Assembly (NCBI GenBank): GCA_963677925.2
Contig: CAXXYH010000003.1
Coordinates: 1,248,001 to 1,312,000, forward strand
Source: Spirochaetia bacterium
Lineage (GTDB): Bacteria > Spirochaetota > Spirochaetia > UBA9216
Reading direction: 5' to 3'
DNA: 64,000 bases
The notes under the pieces were generated by a model. It saw only the letters and a program-made list of their open reading frames with translations. It was not told the DNA's origin and searched no databases. Shown piece by piece: positions 28,957 to 39,391 of the stretch. Made by a program: the position numbers and the translations under genes. The stretch's first letter is position 1. The number at the start of each line of letters is the position of its first letter.

Positions 28957-29445
28957 ATGGAAGCAAAAAAAATCGGTGACAGTGCTCTGACAATGATTCA
29001 GCTCATGGAAAGGGCGGACGCGAACCTGGCAGGCAACGTTCATGGCGGTGTTATCATGAAACTGGTGGATAATGCCGCCGGTATAGTATGCGCAAGGCAC
29101 AGCGGACGGAATGCGGTTACCGCCTCAATTGACAGGCTTGATTTTCACTCCCCTGTATTTATCGGGGATCTTATCAGGATTCACGCAAGTATAAACTACG
29201 TTGGAAAAACCTCAATGGAGGTCGGTGTAAGGGTTGAGGCTGAAGATGTGATCACGAGTGAAATCAGACACACAGGTTCGGCCTACCTGACATATGTATC
29301 ACTTGATGATAAGCTTCGGCCGGTTGAACTTCCTCCCCTGATTGTCGAGACTGAGGCGGAAAAACGAAGACACGCCGCAGCCATTGAGCGAAAGGCCAGC
29401 AGAATGAAAGAAAGAAAAGCGGAGAAAGAATCCGGAGATATTTAA
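28957..29445 (+). CDS. Hotdog-fold acyl-CoA thioesterase (YciA-like)
   Basis: DANLAGNVHGG, VTASID and GKTSMEVGV; SD GAGGAGG. Confidence 0.92.
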   Translation: MEAKKIGDSALTMIQLMERADANLAGNVHGGVIMKLVDNAAGIVCARHSGRNAVTASIDRLDFHSPVFIGDLIRIHASINYVGKTSMEVGVRVEAEDVITSEIRHTGSAYLTYVSLDDKLRPVELPPLIVETEAEKRRHAAAIERKASRMKERKAEKESGDI

Positions 29446-29484
29446 AATAAAAGGGAAGCAATTGCGAAAACCAGCTTCCCTTTT

Positions 29485-30117
29485 TTATATATTGTTAAGC
29501 AGATCGCTGACTGAGCTTAAAATAAAATCAGCCTTTCCGTAATTTACTGCGTCCCCGATTGCAGCCGATCTGAATCCTCCGGCTATTGCGGCATCTATGC
29601 CGGAATATGCATCTTCCACAACCAGACATTCTGCGGGCTCAAGGCCGAGGAACTCTGCAGCTTTAAGAAATACTTCAGGGTCGGGTTTGCTGTTTTTAAT
29701 GTTGGTTCCGTCTGAGACAGCATCAAAAAGTTCCGTTATACCCGTCTTCTCAAGAATAAATTTGGCATTCCGGCTTGAACTTCCAATAGCGGTTTTAATG
29801 CCCCGCCTTCTGAGTTCATTCAGTGTATCCAGCACTCCGCTATCAAGAGATTCAGGAGACATTTCATTCAATGATTCCTTGTATACTTCATTTTTTTCTG
29901 TTGTGTATTGGAGCTTTTCATTCTCATCCATACTCCGGCTGTTATGTTCAAGAATAATCTCAAAACTTTCCATTCTTGACACACCCCGGAGCCGGTTATT
30001 GATCTGTTCGTCAAACTCAAGCCCCAGGCGGTCTGCAACAACTTTCCAGGCTTTATAATGATAGTCATCGGTATGAACCAGAACTCCGTCGAGATCGAAT
30101 ATAATTCCCTTTATCAT
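29485..30117 (-). CDS. pgmB: Beta-phosphoglucomutase
   Basis: FDLDGVLVHTDDYHYKAW, LRGVSRMES, SKPDPEVF and VVEDA. Confidence 0.9.
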   Translation of the reverse strand: MIKGIIFDLDGVLVHTDDYHYKAWKVVADRLGLEFDEQINNRLRGVSRMESFEIILEHNSRSMDENEKLQYTTEKNEVYKESLNEMSPESLDSGVLDTLNELRRRGIKTAIGSSSRNAKFILEKTGITELFDAVSDGTNIKNSKPDPEVFLKAAEFLGLEPAECLVVEDAYSGIDAAIAGGFRSAAIGDAVNYGKADFILSSVSDLLNNI

Positions 30118-30127
30118 TTTGAACTCC

Positions 30128-31834
30128 TTACAGTCTTGTATCCCATTTTCCGCAGAAAGGATCAACAGGACTAATACCTTTGAATGGGGATCTGCCCATC
30201 AGTTTGTCGATAAGTTTCTCAAGTGTGACATCGTTGGAGCTGTATGTATTGATATAGGTTTTAACACGTGGAACATCAAGCAGATGGTAGGGATTCTCAA
30301 GCGAGATAAACACCGTGGGCACTGAAGTCATATAGATTGGAACATTTGCTCCCATCGGCATAGCCCACTCTATTCTTACAACTGTCTGATTGCTTTTTGT
30401 ATCAAGACTTGCAAGATAGAGAATCAGATCATAATTATCAGTTATTTCAGTGGACGCCTGCATAAGGCCTTCCATTCCCTTTGAAGGATCAAAACGATCC
30501 ACTTTGAAACCCTCGGCTTCAAGCATTTCCATAAATGTCCGATAGACAGGTTTTTTCTCTCCGTGAAAGAATCCTCCTTCATCCTGGATATCATAGAGAA
30601 GTACTCTTTTATATTTTTCGGGAGAAAGAGGCAGAATATCCTCGAGATTTTTAACGAGTGTTATAGATTCATCAGCGCATTCTTCTGCCCAGTTTTTATA
30701 TTTATGAGATCCCAACGCCGACTTAAGTGCGCCAAGTTCAGGGACGGTTTCTCCGCTCTTGTGCTTTTGATGAAGCTTCAGCGCAGCCTTTAAAGCGAGT
30801 ATCCTTGTTACTGCCTCATCAAGCCGCTGCGCGGTAATTGTTCCGTCAGCGACACCGGCCTTCATGAATGCAAAGTCCTCTTCCATATTTCTTGTAAAAA
30901 GAAACATATCACAGCCCGCAGCAATAGCAGCCGGAACAGCCTTTGCTCTCGGCATGGGAATGGCCATCCCGGCCATCGCTGTAGCATCGGAGATTACAAG
31001 ACCGTTGAACCCGAGCTCCTTCCGAAGAAGACCTTCTATAAGTTCCGGAGACAGGGTTGCAGGAAGAATTTCATCGTCACTCAGTTCAGGGTTGAGCTTA
31101 CGGCTCCAGGAAGGAAGCATGATATGCCCGGCCATCACCGTCAGCACTCCGGCATCAATACAGTCCCGGAATATCTTTCCGTATGTTCTGTCCCAGTCTT
31201 CACAGCTCAGGTCATTAACAGTGGAAACCAGATGCTGATCCCTTTCATCAACCCCGTCACCGGGAAAGTGCTTCGCAGTGGCAGCCATGCCTTCCTTCTG
31301 TACAGCTTTTATAAATTCGGTCCCCATGGAGGATACAGTCTGCGGATCGGAACCGAAGGTACGCAGATTGGTAATGGGATTGCGGAAATTCATATCAATA
31401 TCAACAATAGGAGCGAAGGTCCAGTTTGCTCCGCAGGCAAGTCCCTCAACAGCACAGATCTCTCCAAGCCGGCGTGCAGTTTCAGTTTTACCCGTAGCAG
31501 CGGTCTGCATGGGAGAGCCCAGCGAGGTGCCGCCGTTTACCAGTCCGTTGCCGCCTCTTTCAAGATTTGCTGAGATAAGCATCGGAATTTCTGTGTTCTT
31601 CTGCAGAGTGCCGATAGTTTTAACAAGCTCTTCAGGCTCCATTGCACGGCACATCAGACCTCCCGGTTTTATATCCTTCGCCATGTGCATCAGAAAACCT
31701 TCATCCGGCGCATAGGCAATGAGACAGAACAGCTGGGCAATTTTTTCATCTTCAGAGAGGTCGGCAAGTGAAGAGTTAACCCATTTAATATCATCATCAC
31801 AGAGGTTAAATGGTTTAGCTTTAAGATCTATCAT
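30128..31834 (-). CDS. GH3 glycoside hydrolase/phosphorylase (Nag3/BglP-like)
   Basis: NPITNLRTFG, KHFPGDGVDERDQH and nucleophile region ISDATAM; no signal peptide. Confidence 0.9.
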   Translation of the reverse strand: MIDLKAKPFNLCDDDIKWVNSSLADLSEDEKIAQLFCLIAYAPDEGFLMHMAKDIKPGGLMCRAMEPEELVKTIGTLQKNTEIPMLISANLERGGNGLVNGGTSLGSPMQTAATGKTETARRLGEICAVEGLACGANWTFAPIVDIDMNFRNPITNLRTFGSDPQTVSSMGTEFIKAVQKEGMAATAKHFPGDGVDERDQHLVSTVNDLSCEDWDRTYGKIFRDCIDAGVLTVMAGHIMLPSWSRKLNPELSDDEILPATLSPELIEGLLRKELGFNGLVISDATAMAGMAIPMPRAKAVPAAIAAGCDMFLFTRNMEEDFAFMKAGVADGTITAQRLDEAVTRILALKAALKLHQKHKSGETVPELGALKSALGSHKYKNWAEECADESITLVKNLEDILPLSPEKYKRVLLYDIQDEGGFFHGEKKPVYRTFMEMLEAEGFKVDRFDPSKGMEGLMQASTEITDNYDLILYLASLDTKSNQTVVRIEWAMPMGANVPIYMTSVPTVFISLENPYHLLDVPRVKTYINTYSSNDVTLEKLIDKLMGRSPFKGISPVDPFCGKWDTRL

Positions 31835-31856
31835 ATAGAATTTCTCCTGTTGTTTT

Positions 31857-34667
31857 TTATTCTCCGGCAAAGGCGGCATTCACCGTTTCAATTGCGGTAT
31901 CCGGGTTCGGAAGCATCTGCAGGGCACTTCGCAGCGTCACAAGTTTTTCAGTAAAAATAACCGCCTTAAGAAATCCCGGCGCGTCGAGTTCATCAAGGGT
32001 TTTCATGAGGATTCCGAGTGCCCGGGGATCTGCAAGAATTTCACCGTTGATATCGTCGACAGTATATGGTCCCCGGAGATCAGGATCTGTATAATTACAG
32101 TACCAGGACCAGGAACCTGAACCGGTATTTATCGGCGCCTGTGTACCGGGAAGCATTATTTCTGCTGTGCAGTTTGCAGGAATTTCAGCATCAAGATAAA
32201 ACTTCCCGCCTTCTATCTTCCATGAAACGTTGATCTTTCCATAAGGGGAGATGTGAGTTGCACTGCAATGCGCTATTCCCCCGCCCGGTCTTGGGGCTAT
32301 TCTTACATGCCTGTAGCCGGGTTCAGCAGATTCAATACCTGCTATGGTCCGGTGCATCCAGTCGGCCACAGCTCCAAGAGCGTAATGATTAAATGAGGTC
32401 ATCTCTCCGGGATTAATACTGCCGTCGGGCAGCATTGAATCCCAGCGTTCCCAGACAGTGGTTGCGCCCATTGTAACGGGATACAGCCAGGACGGGCTGT
32501 CCGTCTGCTTAAGCAGGCGGTAGGCTTCACGGTAATGTCCGCTCGAGCAGAGAGCGTCGCATATTATGGGTGTGCCGACAAAGCCGGTGCGGATATGATA
32601 CCCGCCTTCCATGACAAGTTCCGCCAGACGATCTCCGGCTTTCTGCCTCTGCTTTTCATCCCTGAACAGGTCAAAAACTAAGGCAACTGAATATGCAGTT
32701 TCTGCGTCATTCATCATTCGGCCGGAGCTTGTAACATACTCATTATAAAATGCATCAGCCGCAGAATCAGCAAGTTCCCGGTATTTTTGCTCATCTGCAG
32801 TCCTGCCTAGCATGGCTGCAGTATCAGCGGTAATTTTTGCTGAACGGGCAAAGTAGGCTGTTGCCACTAATTCTGTGGATGTTCTGGCGTTCCAGGGCTG
32901 ATCGGGAGGTGCCGTAGGATCAAGCCAGTCGCCGAACTGGAAGCCTCTGTTCCATAAAAAATCATCTCCGGCCGATGCTGCTATAAAATCGACCCAGTTC
33001 TTCATACTTTCAAACTGAGCTTCCGGGATTCCGGCATCGCCGAATCGGTCATATAAAACCCTGGGAACAACAGCCGCTGCATCACCCCAGGCCGCGGCGC
33101 CGAATGCTTCTCCAAGGGCATTGGGAACAACAGGAGGAACTGCGCCCCCTATTTTCTTCTGCTCAGAGGAGAGGTCGCGGAGCCATGACTGGAGAAAGGA
33201 TGAAACATCATAAAGGAAAGAAGCTGTTGGTGAAAAAACCTGAAGGTCGCCTGTCCACCCGAGCCGCTCATCCCGCTGCGGGCAGTCGGTAGGGACTGAG
33301 AGAAAATTACCCTTCAGCCCCCAGCGGATATTTTCATGCAGCCTGTTCAGAAGTTTATCCGAGGTCTCTAACCAGCCGGTCCTTTCCATATCGGAATGTA
33401 TTACCCTTGCTTCGAAAAACTCAGGCTTTATCTCGCCCGGCCACCCTGAAACCTCGGCATACCTGAAACCGTGAAAGGTGAAGACAGGTTCAAAGATTTC
33501 TTCGGCTTCACCTTTCAGAATATAACGGTCTGTTGCTTCTGCCATTCTTAGCGGCCTGACACCAAGTTCTCCGTTTTCAAGTACTTCTGCATGACGGATG
33601 ATAAGCTCCTGCCCGGCTTTACCGGAAACTCTTATGCGAAGACTTCCCACAAGGTTCTGGCCGAAGTCAAGAATTGTTTTTCCTGATGGACTGGTGATTA
33701 CTTCCTTTATTTTGAGGGTTTCGATTTCCCTGACCGGCGGACTCAGCATCGGCTGAAGAATGGATACAGGCGTATCAAGGAGCTCGACATAACGCCATAT
33801 GCTGTCATCAAAGCGGGGGCTGCTCCATCCTTCAGGTTCCTGCCGGGCATCAACCCTTTCACCGTCATAAATGCTGCTTGAAAGAATTGAGCCTGAGGAC
33901 CATTTCCAGCTTCCATCGCTGACTACAGTTTCCCGACTCCCGTCGGAATAGAAGAGTTCAATCTGGGTGATAAAACCTAGCCTGTTTCCCCAGATATCAC
34001 GTTTCCCGCCTTCGAACCCGATTCTGCCCTTATACCAGCCCTCGGCAAGAACTGCGCCTACCGTGTTTACTCCTTCATTCAGCAGAGCGGTAATATCAAA
34101 AGTCTGGTAGTTGAGTATGGTATCATAGGAGGTCCATCCCGGAGTAAAAAGCTGATCTCCGGCTTTGACCCCATTGAGACGGCACTCATAAAGACCCAGG
34201 GCGCTCGAATACATTCTTGCCTTAACAAGTCCAGGTGCAACCTTGAACTCCTTCCGAAGATACGGTGAGGCCGCGGTGACTCCGGGAACTTCCTCCCTGG
34301 AGGGACTTATGAAATAAGCACTCCAGTCTGATTCATCCAGCAGTCCCGCCTCAATATGCAGAGGCTCACTCCACGTAGAGGCATCATCAGAACTGCTGCC
34401 CCAGACTCTTACGCTCACGGTTAGAGCCTGCCTCGAAATTAACGGCGGAAACGGCCACCCGGCGTAGATTGATTCACTGCTTTCAACCGGACCTGAGGTC
34501 TGTTCAGATCCGGAAGCCGGATCGATTATTTTTATTTCATACCGGCTTTGCCGCCAGTTTCTTTCATTCGTCTGAATCTTCCAGGAAATCCTGGGGATTC
34601 GGCTTCCGATACCGAACGTTTCCCTGTAATTTTCAGCGCGCAGGCTGTAAACCCAAAAATTATTCAA
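31857..34667 (-). CDS. Alpha-L-rhamnosidase (GH78)
   Basis: PTDCPQRDERLGWTGD, FTFHGFRY, FGDWL, GATTVWERWDS and MTSFNHY; TTG start after SD AGGAG. Confidence 0.93.
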   Translation of the reverse strand: MNNFWVYSLRAENYRETFGIGSRIPRISWKIQTNERNWRQSRYEIKIIDPASGSEQTSGPVESSESIYAGWPFPPLISRQALTVSVRVWGSSSDDASTWSEPLHIEAGLLDESDWSAYFISPSREEVPGVTAASPYLRKEFKVAPGLVKARMYSSALGLYECRLNGVKAGDQLFTPGWTSYDTILNYQTFDITALLNEGVNTVGAVLAEGWYKGRIGFEGGKRDIWGNRLGFITQIELFYSDGSRETVVSDGSWKWSSGSILSSSIYDGERVDARQEPEGWSSPRFDDSIWRYVELLDTPVSILQPMLSPPVREIETLKIKEVITSPSGKTILDFGQNLVGSLRIRVSGKAGQELIIRHAEVLENGELGVRPLRMAEATDRYILKGEAEEIFEPVFTFHGFRYAEVSGWPGEIKPEFFEARVIHSDMERTGWLETSDKLLNRLHENIRWGLKGNFLSVPTDCPQRDERLGWTGDLQVFSPTASFLYDVSSFLQSWLRDLSSEQKKIGGAVPPVVPNALGEAFGAAAWGDAAAVVPRVLYDRFGDAGIPEAQFESMKNWVDFIAASAGDDFLWNRGFQFGDWLDPTAPPDQPWNARTSTELVATAYFARSAKITADTAAMLGRTADEQKYRELADSAADAFYNEYVTSSGRMMNDAETAYSVALVFDLFRDEKQRQKAGDRLAELVMEGGYHIRTGFVGTPIICDALCSSGHYREAYRLLKQTDSPSWLYPVTMGATTVWERWDSMLPDGSINPGEMTSFNHYALGAVADWMHRTIAGIESAEPGYRHVRIAPRPGGGIAHCSATHISPYGKINVSWKIEGGKFYLDAEIPANCTAEIMLPGTQAPINTGSGSWSWYCNYTDPDLRGPYTVDDINGEILADPRALGILMKTLDELDAPGFLKAVIFTEKLVTLRSALQMLPNPDTAIETVNAAFAGE

Positions 34668-34692
34668 TTATTATCTCCTTCAGTCCATATTT

Positions 34693-35340
34693 TCAGCTGT
34701 GCAGACCCTTAAGAAACAGTTCTGCAATCTGGATAAATATGTCACGGCTGGGAATGCTGAACTCCTCATCTAACTTAGGTCCCAGTTCACCTATCCTGTT
34801 CATAAGGCCTGAGTTCAGATTAAAAATCGAGGCTATGATCATATCAATGCTGATATCAACCCTGATGCTTCCGTCAGCCTGACCGGATTCCACAGCCTTT
34901 CTGAGATTAAGCTCCCCTTCCCCCAAAGCTCCTCGAATTATTTCCAGAGCCTGCTCACCGGCCCAATGCTTTGCGTAAAGATAGTTGAACTCTGCAATAA
35001 AAGAGGCTTCCCTGATATTGTCAAACATTCTATTTATATGCCTCATTATGAATTTCTCAACAGTTTCATACCCCGAGGCCATGTGGCTCCAGACTTTTAC
35101 CCTGTCATCCTCTGCCCATCCGGCAGTTACAGTCTTGAATATTTCAATGGCCATATCTTCTTTACATGAAAAATATTTATACAAAGTAGGCCTTGTAATG
35201 TTTGCGGTCTGTGCGATATCGATTATGGTCACAGCCTCAATGCCTTTTTTTATAAAAAGATCTTCAGCTGTATTTAATAACTGCTCACGCTGACTTTCCC
35301 GATGCCTTGTATACTGACCTTTTGCCACAATGCTCTCCAT
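34693..35340 (-). CDS. TetR/AcrR-family regulator
   Basis: HTH VTIIDIAQTANITRPTLYKYFSCKE. Confidence 0.9.
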   Translation of the reverse strand: MESIVAKGQYTRHRESQREQLLNTAEDLFIKKGIEAVTIIDIAQTANITRPTLYKYFSCKEDMAIEIFKTVTAGWAEDDRVKVWSHMASGYETVEKFIMRHINRMFDNIREASFIAEFNYLYAKHWAGEQALEIIRGALGEGELNLRKAVESGQADGSIRVDISIDMIIASIFNLNSGLMNRIGELGPKLDEEFSIPSRDIFIQIAELFLKGLHS

Positions 35341-35358
35341 TTATTTCATTTTTATATA

Positions 35359-35392
35359 TTTACAGTATGTTTAAATTTTTACATAGTGTTTA
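35359..35392. promoter_or_regulatory. Tandem candidate TetR operators
   Basis: TTTACAgtaTGTTTA (35359-35373) and TTTACAtagTGTTTA (35378-35392), directly upstream of the tetR start. Confidence 0.5.
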
Positions 35393-35491
35393 TTTTATAA
35401 TAGAATATATCTTTTCCACTGTCAAATTAAGAATTGATTAAATATACTCAGTTGTCTGGATCATATTTTCACGTATGTATACTATCTGAGG

Positions 35492-36403
35492 ATGGGTATA
35501 ATAGAAGTAAACAGGCTGAATAAGCGCTACGGAACCGTTGAAGCAGTAAACAATATCAGCTTTTCGGTAGAAGAGAATTCATTCTTTGCCCTGCTCGGCC
35601 CCAACGGAGCAGGAAAAAGTACGACAATCAATATTCTATCAAGTCTGCTGGATTTTAATACCGGCGAAGTTAATATTGGCGGGCATAAACTTGGTCAGGA
35701 AGATAATGAGATAAGGAAAATTATCGGTGTTGTCTTCCAGGGTTCGATGCTTGACAACCTTCTTACTGTTAAGGAAAACCTTCATGTACGGGCAGCTTTT
35801 TATGGTATCAGCTCACATGAAACTGACAAACGGGTTGAACAGATAAATGAACTTCTTGAAATAAAACCATTCTATACTATGAAATACGGCAACCTCTCCG
35901 GCGGACAGAAAAGGAAAGCCGACATTGCAAGAGCTCTGCTAAACTGGCCGAGGATACTGATTCTGGACGAACCGACAACCGGACTTGATCCTAAAAGCAG
36001 ACGTGATATATGGGAACTGATCCATCGGCTCCGTCTTGAAAAAAACATTACTATATTCCTGACAACCCACTACATGCAGGAAGTTCAGGACGCGAACAGG
36101 GTTGTAATTATAGACAAAGGAAGCATAGTAGCTGAAGGTTCAAGCGATGAACTAAGATCGAAATATTCCCATGACAGATTGAAGGTTGCAATGAACAGCG
36201 ACCTTGAGAATCTTCTGAAAATAGAAAACAGAAAATATTACCTGATGAATGATACCATCAATATTGTTCTGGAAGATTCCTTTGAAGGGATTAATCTCGT
36301 GAATAAATACCGGGAATATATAAGCAGTTTTGAAATCCTGAAAGGAAATATGGATGATGTATTCCTAAATATAACCGGCAGGGAACTGGAGCTCAGGCAA
36401 TGA
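35492..36403 (+). CDS. ABC-2 type transporter ATP-binding protein
   Basis: GPNGAGKST, LSGGQ, ILDEPTTGLD and TTH. Confidence 0.93.
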   Translation: MGIIEVNRLNKRYGTVEAVNNISFSVEENSFFALLGPNGAGKSTTINILSSLLDFNTGEVNIGGHKLGQEDNEIRKIIGVVFQGSMLDNLLTVKENLHVRAAFYGISSHETDKRVEQINELLEIKPFYTMKYGNLSGGQKRKADIARALLNWPRILILDEPTTGLDPKSRRDIWELIHRLRLEKNITIFLTTHYMQEVQDANRVVIIDKGSIVAEGSSDELRSKYSHDRLKVAMNSDLENLLKIENRKYYLMNDTINIVLEDSFEGINLVNKYREYISSFEILKGNMDDVFLNITGRELELRQ

Positions 36404-37275
36404 GAACATTAGCACAACTTGTGAAGCGGAATACTTTACTCTATTTAAGAGACAGGGCCTCGGTCTTTTTCTCCTTTCTTTCAGTAATTATTATTATTGC
36501 CATGTATATTCTCTTTCTGGGAAAAATGCAGGGAAATGATCTTTCAGATGCATTAGGAACAATTCCAGGAATAAACTGGCTTACCAGCAGCTGGATTATG
36601 GCCGGAATACTTACGGTTTCTACTGTTACAGTACCTCTGGCATCGCTTGGGACCCTTATCAGAGATAGGGAAAGCGGCAAAATCGCCGATTTCTACACAT
36701 CTCCAATCAGCAGACGGATACTGGCGCTCAGCTATATGCTCAGTTCATGGGTTATATCTTTCATCATGGTGGGGCTGAATCTTATAATAGGTCAGATATA
36801 CGTATTATCAAACGGCGGGGAATTCTTTCCATTACTGACCCTCTTTAAAATCATAGGTCTGTATACCCTGTCAATAATTTCATTCAGCAGCCTGTTCTTC
36901 TACATCAGCCTTTTTATGAAAAGTCTTAATGCCTTCAGCCTTCTCAGTACCCTGGTAGGTACTTTTGTGGGGTTTCTCGGAGGGATATATATACCGGTTG
37001 GAGTTCTCAGTGAAAATATTCAGAGAGTTATGAACCTGTTACCTACTGCACATAGTGTTACTCTTATAAGAAAAATCTACATGGAAGGTGCAGTAAACAA
37101 AGTTTTTGAAAATGCGCCCGAGCAGGCCTATACAAGCTATGCGCAAATGTACGGACTGTCAATCAAAATTGGTGACATGGAACTTTCAAATTCACTGATG
37201 CTTCTTAGTCTGGCTGTATTCGCCATAGTTTTCTATTTATTGAGTGTTTTAAAACTATCAAGATCCAAACTTTAA
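36400..37275 (+). CDS. ABC-2 type transporter permease
   Basis: Six hydrophobic segments and GFLGGIYIP; overlaps the ATPase stop codon. Confidence 0.9.
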   Translation: MRTLAQLVKRNTLLYLRDRASVFFSFLSVIIIIAMYILFLGKMQGNDLSDALGTIPGINWLTSSWIMAGILTVSTVTVPLASLGTLIRDRESGKIADFYTSPISRRILALSYMLSSWVISFIMVGLNLIIGQIYVLSNGGEFFPLLTLFKIIGLYTLSIISFSSLFFYISLFMKSLNAFSLLSTLVGTFVGFLGGIYIPVGVLSENIQRVMNLLPTAHSVTLIRKIYMEGAVNKVFENAPEQAYTSYAQMYGLSIKIGDMELSNSLMLLSLAVFAIVFYLLSVLKLSRSKL

Positions 37276-38640
37276 TCAGAAAAATACTGATACCGAAATC
37301 CCGGCGTAAAATCCTGAAAAATCGAGGGTCCATTCGCCCCCGCCGGGCATATTAATCGGATCAAAGCCGAAATACTTTTCTACAGCCTGGGAACTGTAAT
37401 TGCTTTCAACTGCATCGGCATAGTATTCCCAGTCACCTTCGGATGCAAATACGGATCTGAGCACAGCCGGCGGGATATACATATATCCGGCCACTCCGGT
37501 AACCGCTATTCTATTGGTAATAAAAACCTCAGGGCATAGCTCTATCTTTCCTCCTACTGTTGACTCAAAAACGTAGGTCATCGGCATGGTATCCTTCTGT
37601 GCAGTGACCGCACCCTCTGCGCCTGTGTCATCATACTCCTGATTGTTAAAAAAGAGATCCCCGTGGCTCCCGTACCGGACTTCCATTTCGGGATTAATAT
37701 AGCCGACTACCCCTGCATTAATTCCGATATTGAATGAGGGACTGAAATTGATCGTATACTGAAAATCAAGATGAGGGATGACTGTTGATGTAAGCTGTCC
37801 GGTAATCTGACCGACTGCGTCACCGCCGGTGTTGAATGTGTCCGGAAGATCGGGCTGTATATCGGAATACAGGATCTCCTGCTGATCAGTGTACATCGAG
37901 GGATCCCAGCGGTAATTCTCTCCCGTACCGACAAGATTCGTAATGACTCCTCCGGATATCATCCAGTCCCTGCTCAGTCTGTATTTTGCTGTTATATCAA
38001 CATAGACAGGATTCCATTTATTGAAAGTTTCAGCACCGTAGATGTATGAAAGCATTTTCGCAGTCAGACCGATTCCGTTTGCAGCAACGTAGCTGTATTT
38101 AAGCTCGGTTGACGCCTCAATGAGATCTGACTGGGGAAGAGAAAACCTGTGAACTGTGAGGATTTCACCTGATTCAATTTCGGAAAGTCTCAGAAGAACC
38201 TGAAAATTACTGCCCTCCTCTGCGACACTTCCGCTTACCAGCACGGATGTCCCGGTAATCTCTCCAATCTGAACAGCAGTGTCATCACTTACCATACCGG
38301 CCGCGGAAAATTTGATTTCATCAAGTATCCTGTCCAGATTAGTCCTGTCGGTAAGGACAAAGATCATGCTGCGGGTGACAGCCTCCTCAAGGTAAGCCCG
38401 GATAAGTTCTCCGATTTTTGCCCTGGCTGCGTTTTCTGAATCATTTTCTATGGTCATAACCGCCAGTCCCTGCATTGAGACCAGATCAGGGTGTTTTGCA
38501 ATATATGCCCTTGAGAATTCTTCCATTGATTCAGCTATACTTATTTTCAAACCGATGTCGGATTCGGCCTGTGCCGTCAGAAAGGCTGATGAAACAACGA
38601 ACAGTAATGCAAAAAGAAAATGCTTTTTCATATCTACCAT
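37276..38640 (-). CDS. Exported CsgG/TolB-N-like domain protein with a probable C-terminal beta-barrel
   Basis: Signal peptide; DRTNLDRILDEIKFSAAGMV..AVQIGEITG; amphipathic beta strands ending FYAGISVSVFF. Confidence 0.7.
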   Translation of the reverse strand: MVDMKKHFLFALLFVVSSAFLTAQAESDIGLKISIAESMEEFSRAYIAKHPDLVSMQGLAVMTIENDSENAARAKIGELIRAYLEEAVTRSMIFVLTDRTNLDRILDEIKFSAAGMVSDDTAVQIGEITGTSVLVSGSVAEEGSNFQVLLRLSEIESGEILTVHRFSLPQSDLIEASTELKYSYVAANGIGLTAKMLSYIYGAETFNKWNPVYVDITAKYRLSRDWMISGGVITNLVGTGENYRWDPSMYTDQQEILYSDIQPDLPDTFNTGGDAVGQITGQLTSTVIPHLDFQYTINFSPSFNIGINAGVVGYINPEMEVRYGSHGDLFFNNQEYDDTGAEGAVTAQKDTMPMTYVFESTVGGKIELCPEVFITNRIAVTGVAGYMYIPPAVLRSVFASEGDWEYYADAVESNYSSQAVEKYFGFDPINMPGGGEWTLDFSGFYAGISVSVFF

Positions 38641-38812
38641 CCAGTTTCTTTATTTATCAGGATTTAATTATAATACATTCGGGTCCAATTTGGAAATTGT
38701 CCCTTGAATTGATGAATTTTAACTGAATGCATTCAATAAAACACTTGACGGCACAACATAGCGATATTAGACTTTACCAATGTACTCATATTATTCCTTA
38801 AGGAGGTTGAAT

Positions 38813-39328
38813 ATGGCAGATTTAAAAGAAGCATTGGAAAATCTCGATATTGCGGAAGCATACGGCCTTGCAATCAAGGTTGAAGAAGACGGTTTTGCTT
38901 TTTATGACAAGGCAAGCCAGTTAGCAGAAGACAAAAAAACCAAAGAGGATTTGGCTTTTCTCCGTGATCAGGAAAAGGGGCATAAGCTATATTTTGAAAA
39001 GCTTTTAAAGGAAACCGGAAAGGACTACAAGGAAGATACAAGTTCTGCCCTGCATGCATGGGTTAATAAGCAGCTGGTTGAGCCGGTTAAAAAGGCACTC
39101 GAGCAGAATCCTCCGAAAACAAGTGATGAAGCTGTTCAGATAGGAATCAGACTGGAAACAAACAGCGTCCTGCTTTATAAAAGCATAAGGAAGGCTACTG
39201 ATTCAAAAGACATAAAAAAGGCTATCAAGAAAATCATCAGGGAAGAACAAAGCCACAGAGAGTTTCTTAAAGCCATACTGAAATATTCCTCATTAAGAGA
39301 AATTATCATGGATGGACTTGAATCCTGA
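38813..39328 (+). CDS. Rubrerythrin/ferritin-like di-iron protein
   Basis: AIKVEEDGFAFY, EKGH, LETNSVLLY and EEQSH (two ExxH motifs); SD AGGAGG. Confidence 0.85.
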   Translation: MADLKEALENLDIAEAYGLAIKVEEDGFAFYDKASQLAEDKKTKEDLAFLRDQEKGHKLYFEKLLKETGKDYKEDTSSALHAWVNKQLVEPVKKALEQNPPKTSDEAVQIGIRLETNSVLLYKSIRKATDSKDIKKAIKKIIREEQSHREFLKAILKYSSLREIIMDGLES

Positions 39329-39355
39329 GAAGGATTTTTTAGTTTATCTCATCAG

Positions 39356-39390
39356 GAGGCTGACAGATTATAAGTCAGCCTCTTTTTTTT
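39356..39390 (+). terminator. Terminator between convergent genes
   Basis: GAGGCTGAC-loop-GTCAGCCTC followed by T8. Confidence 0.8.
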
Positions 39391-39391
39391 A

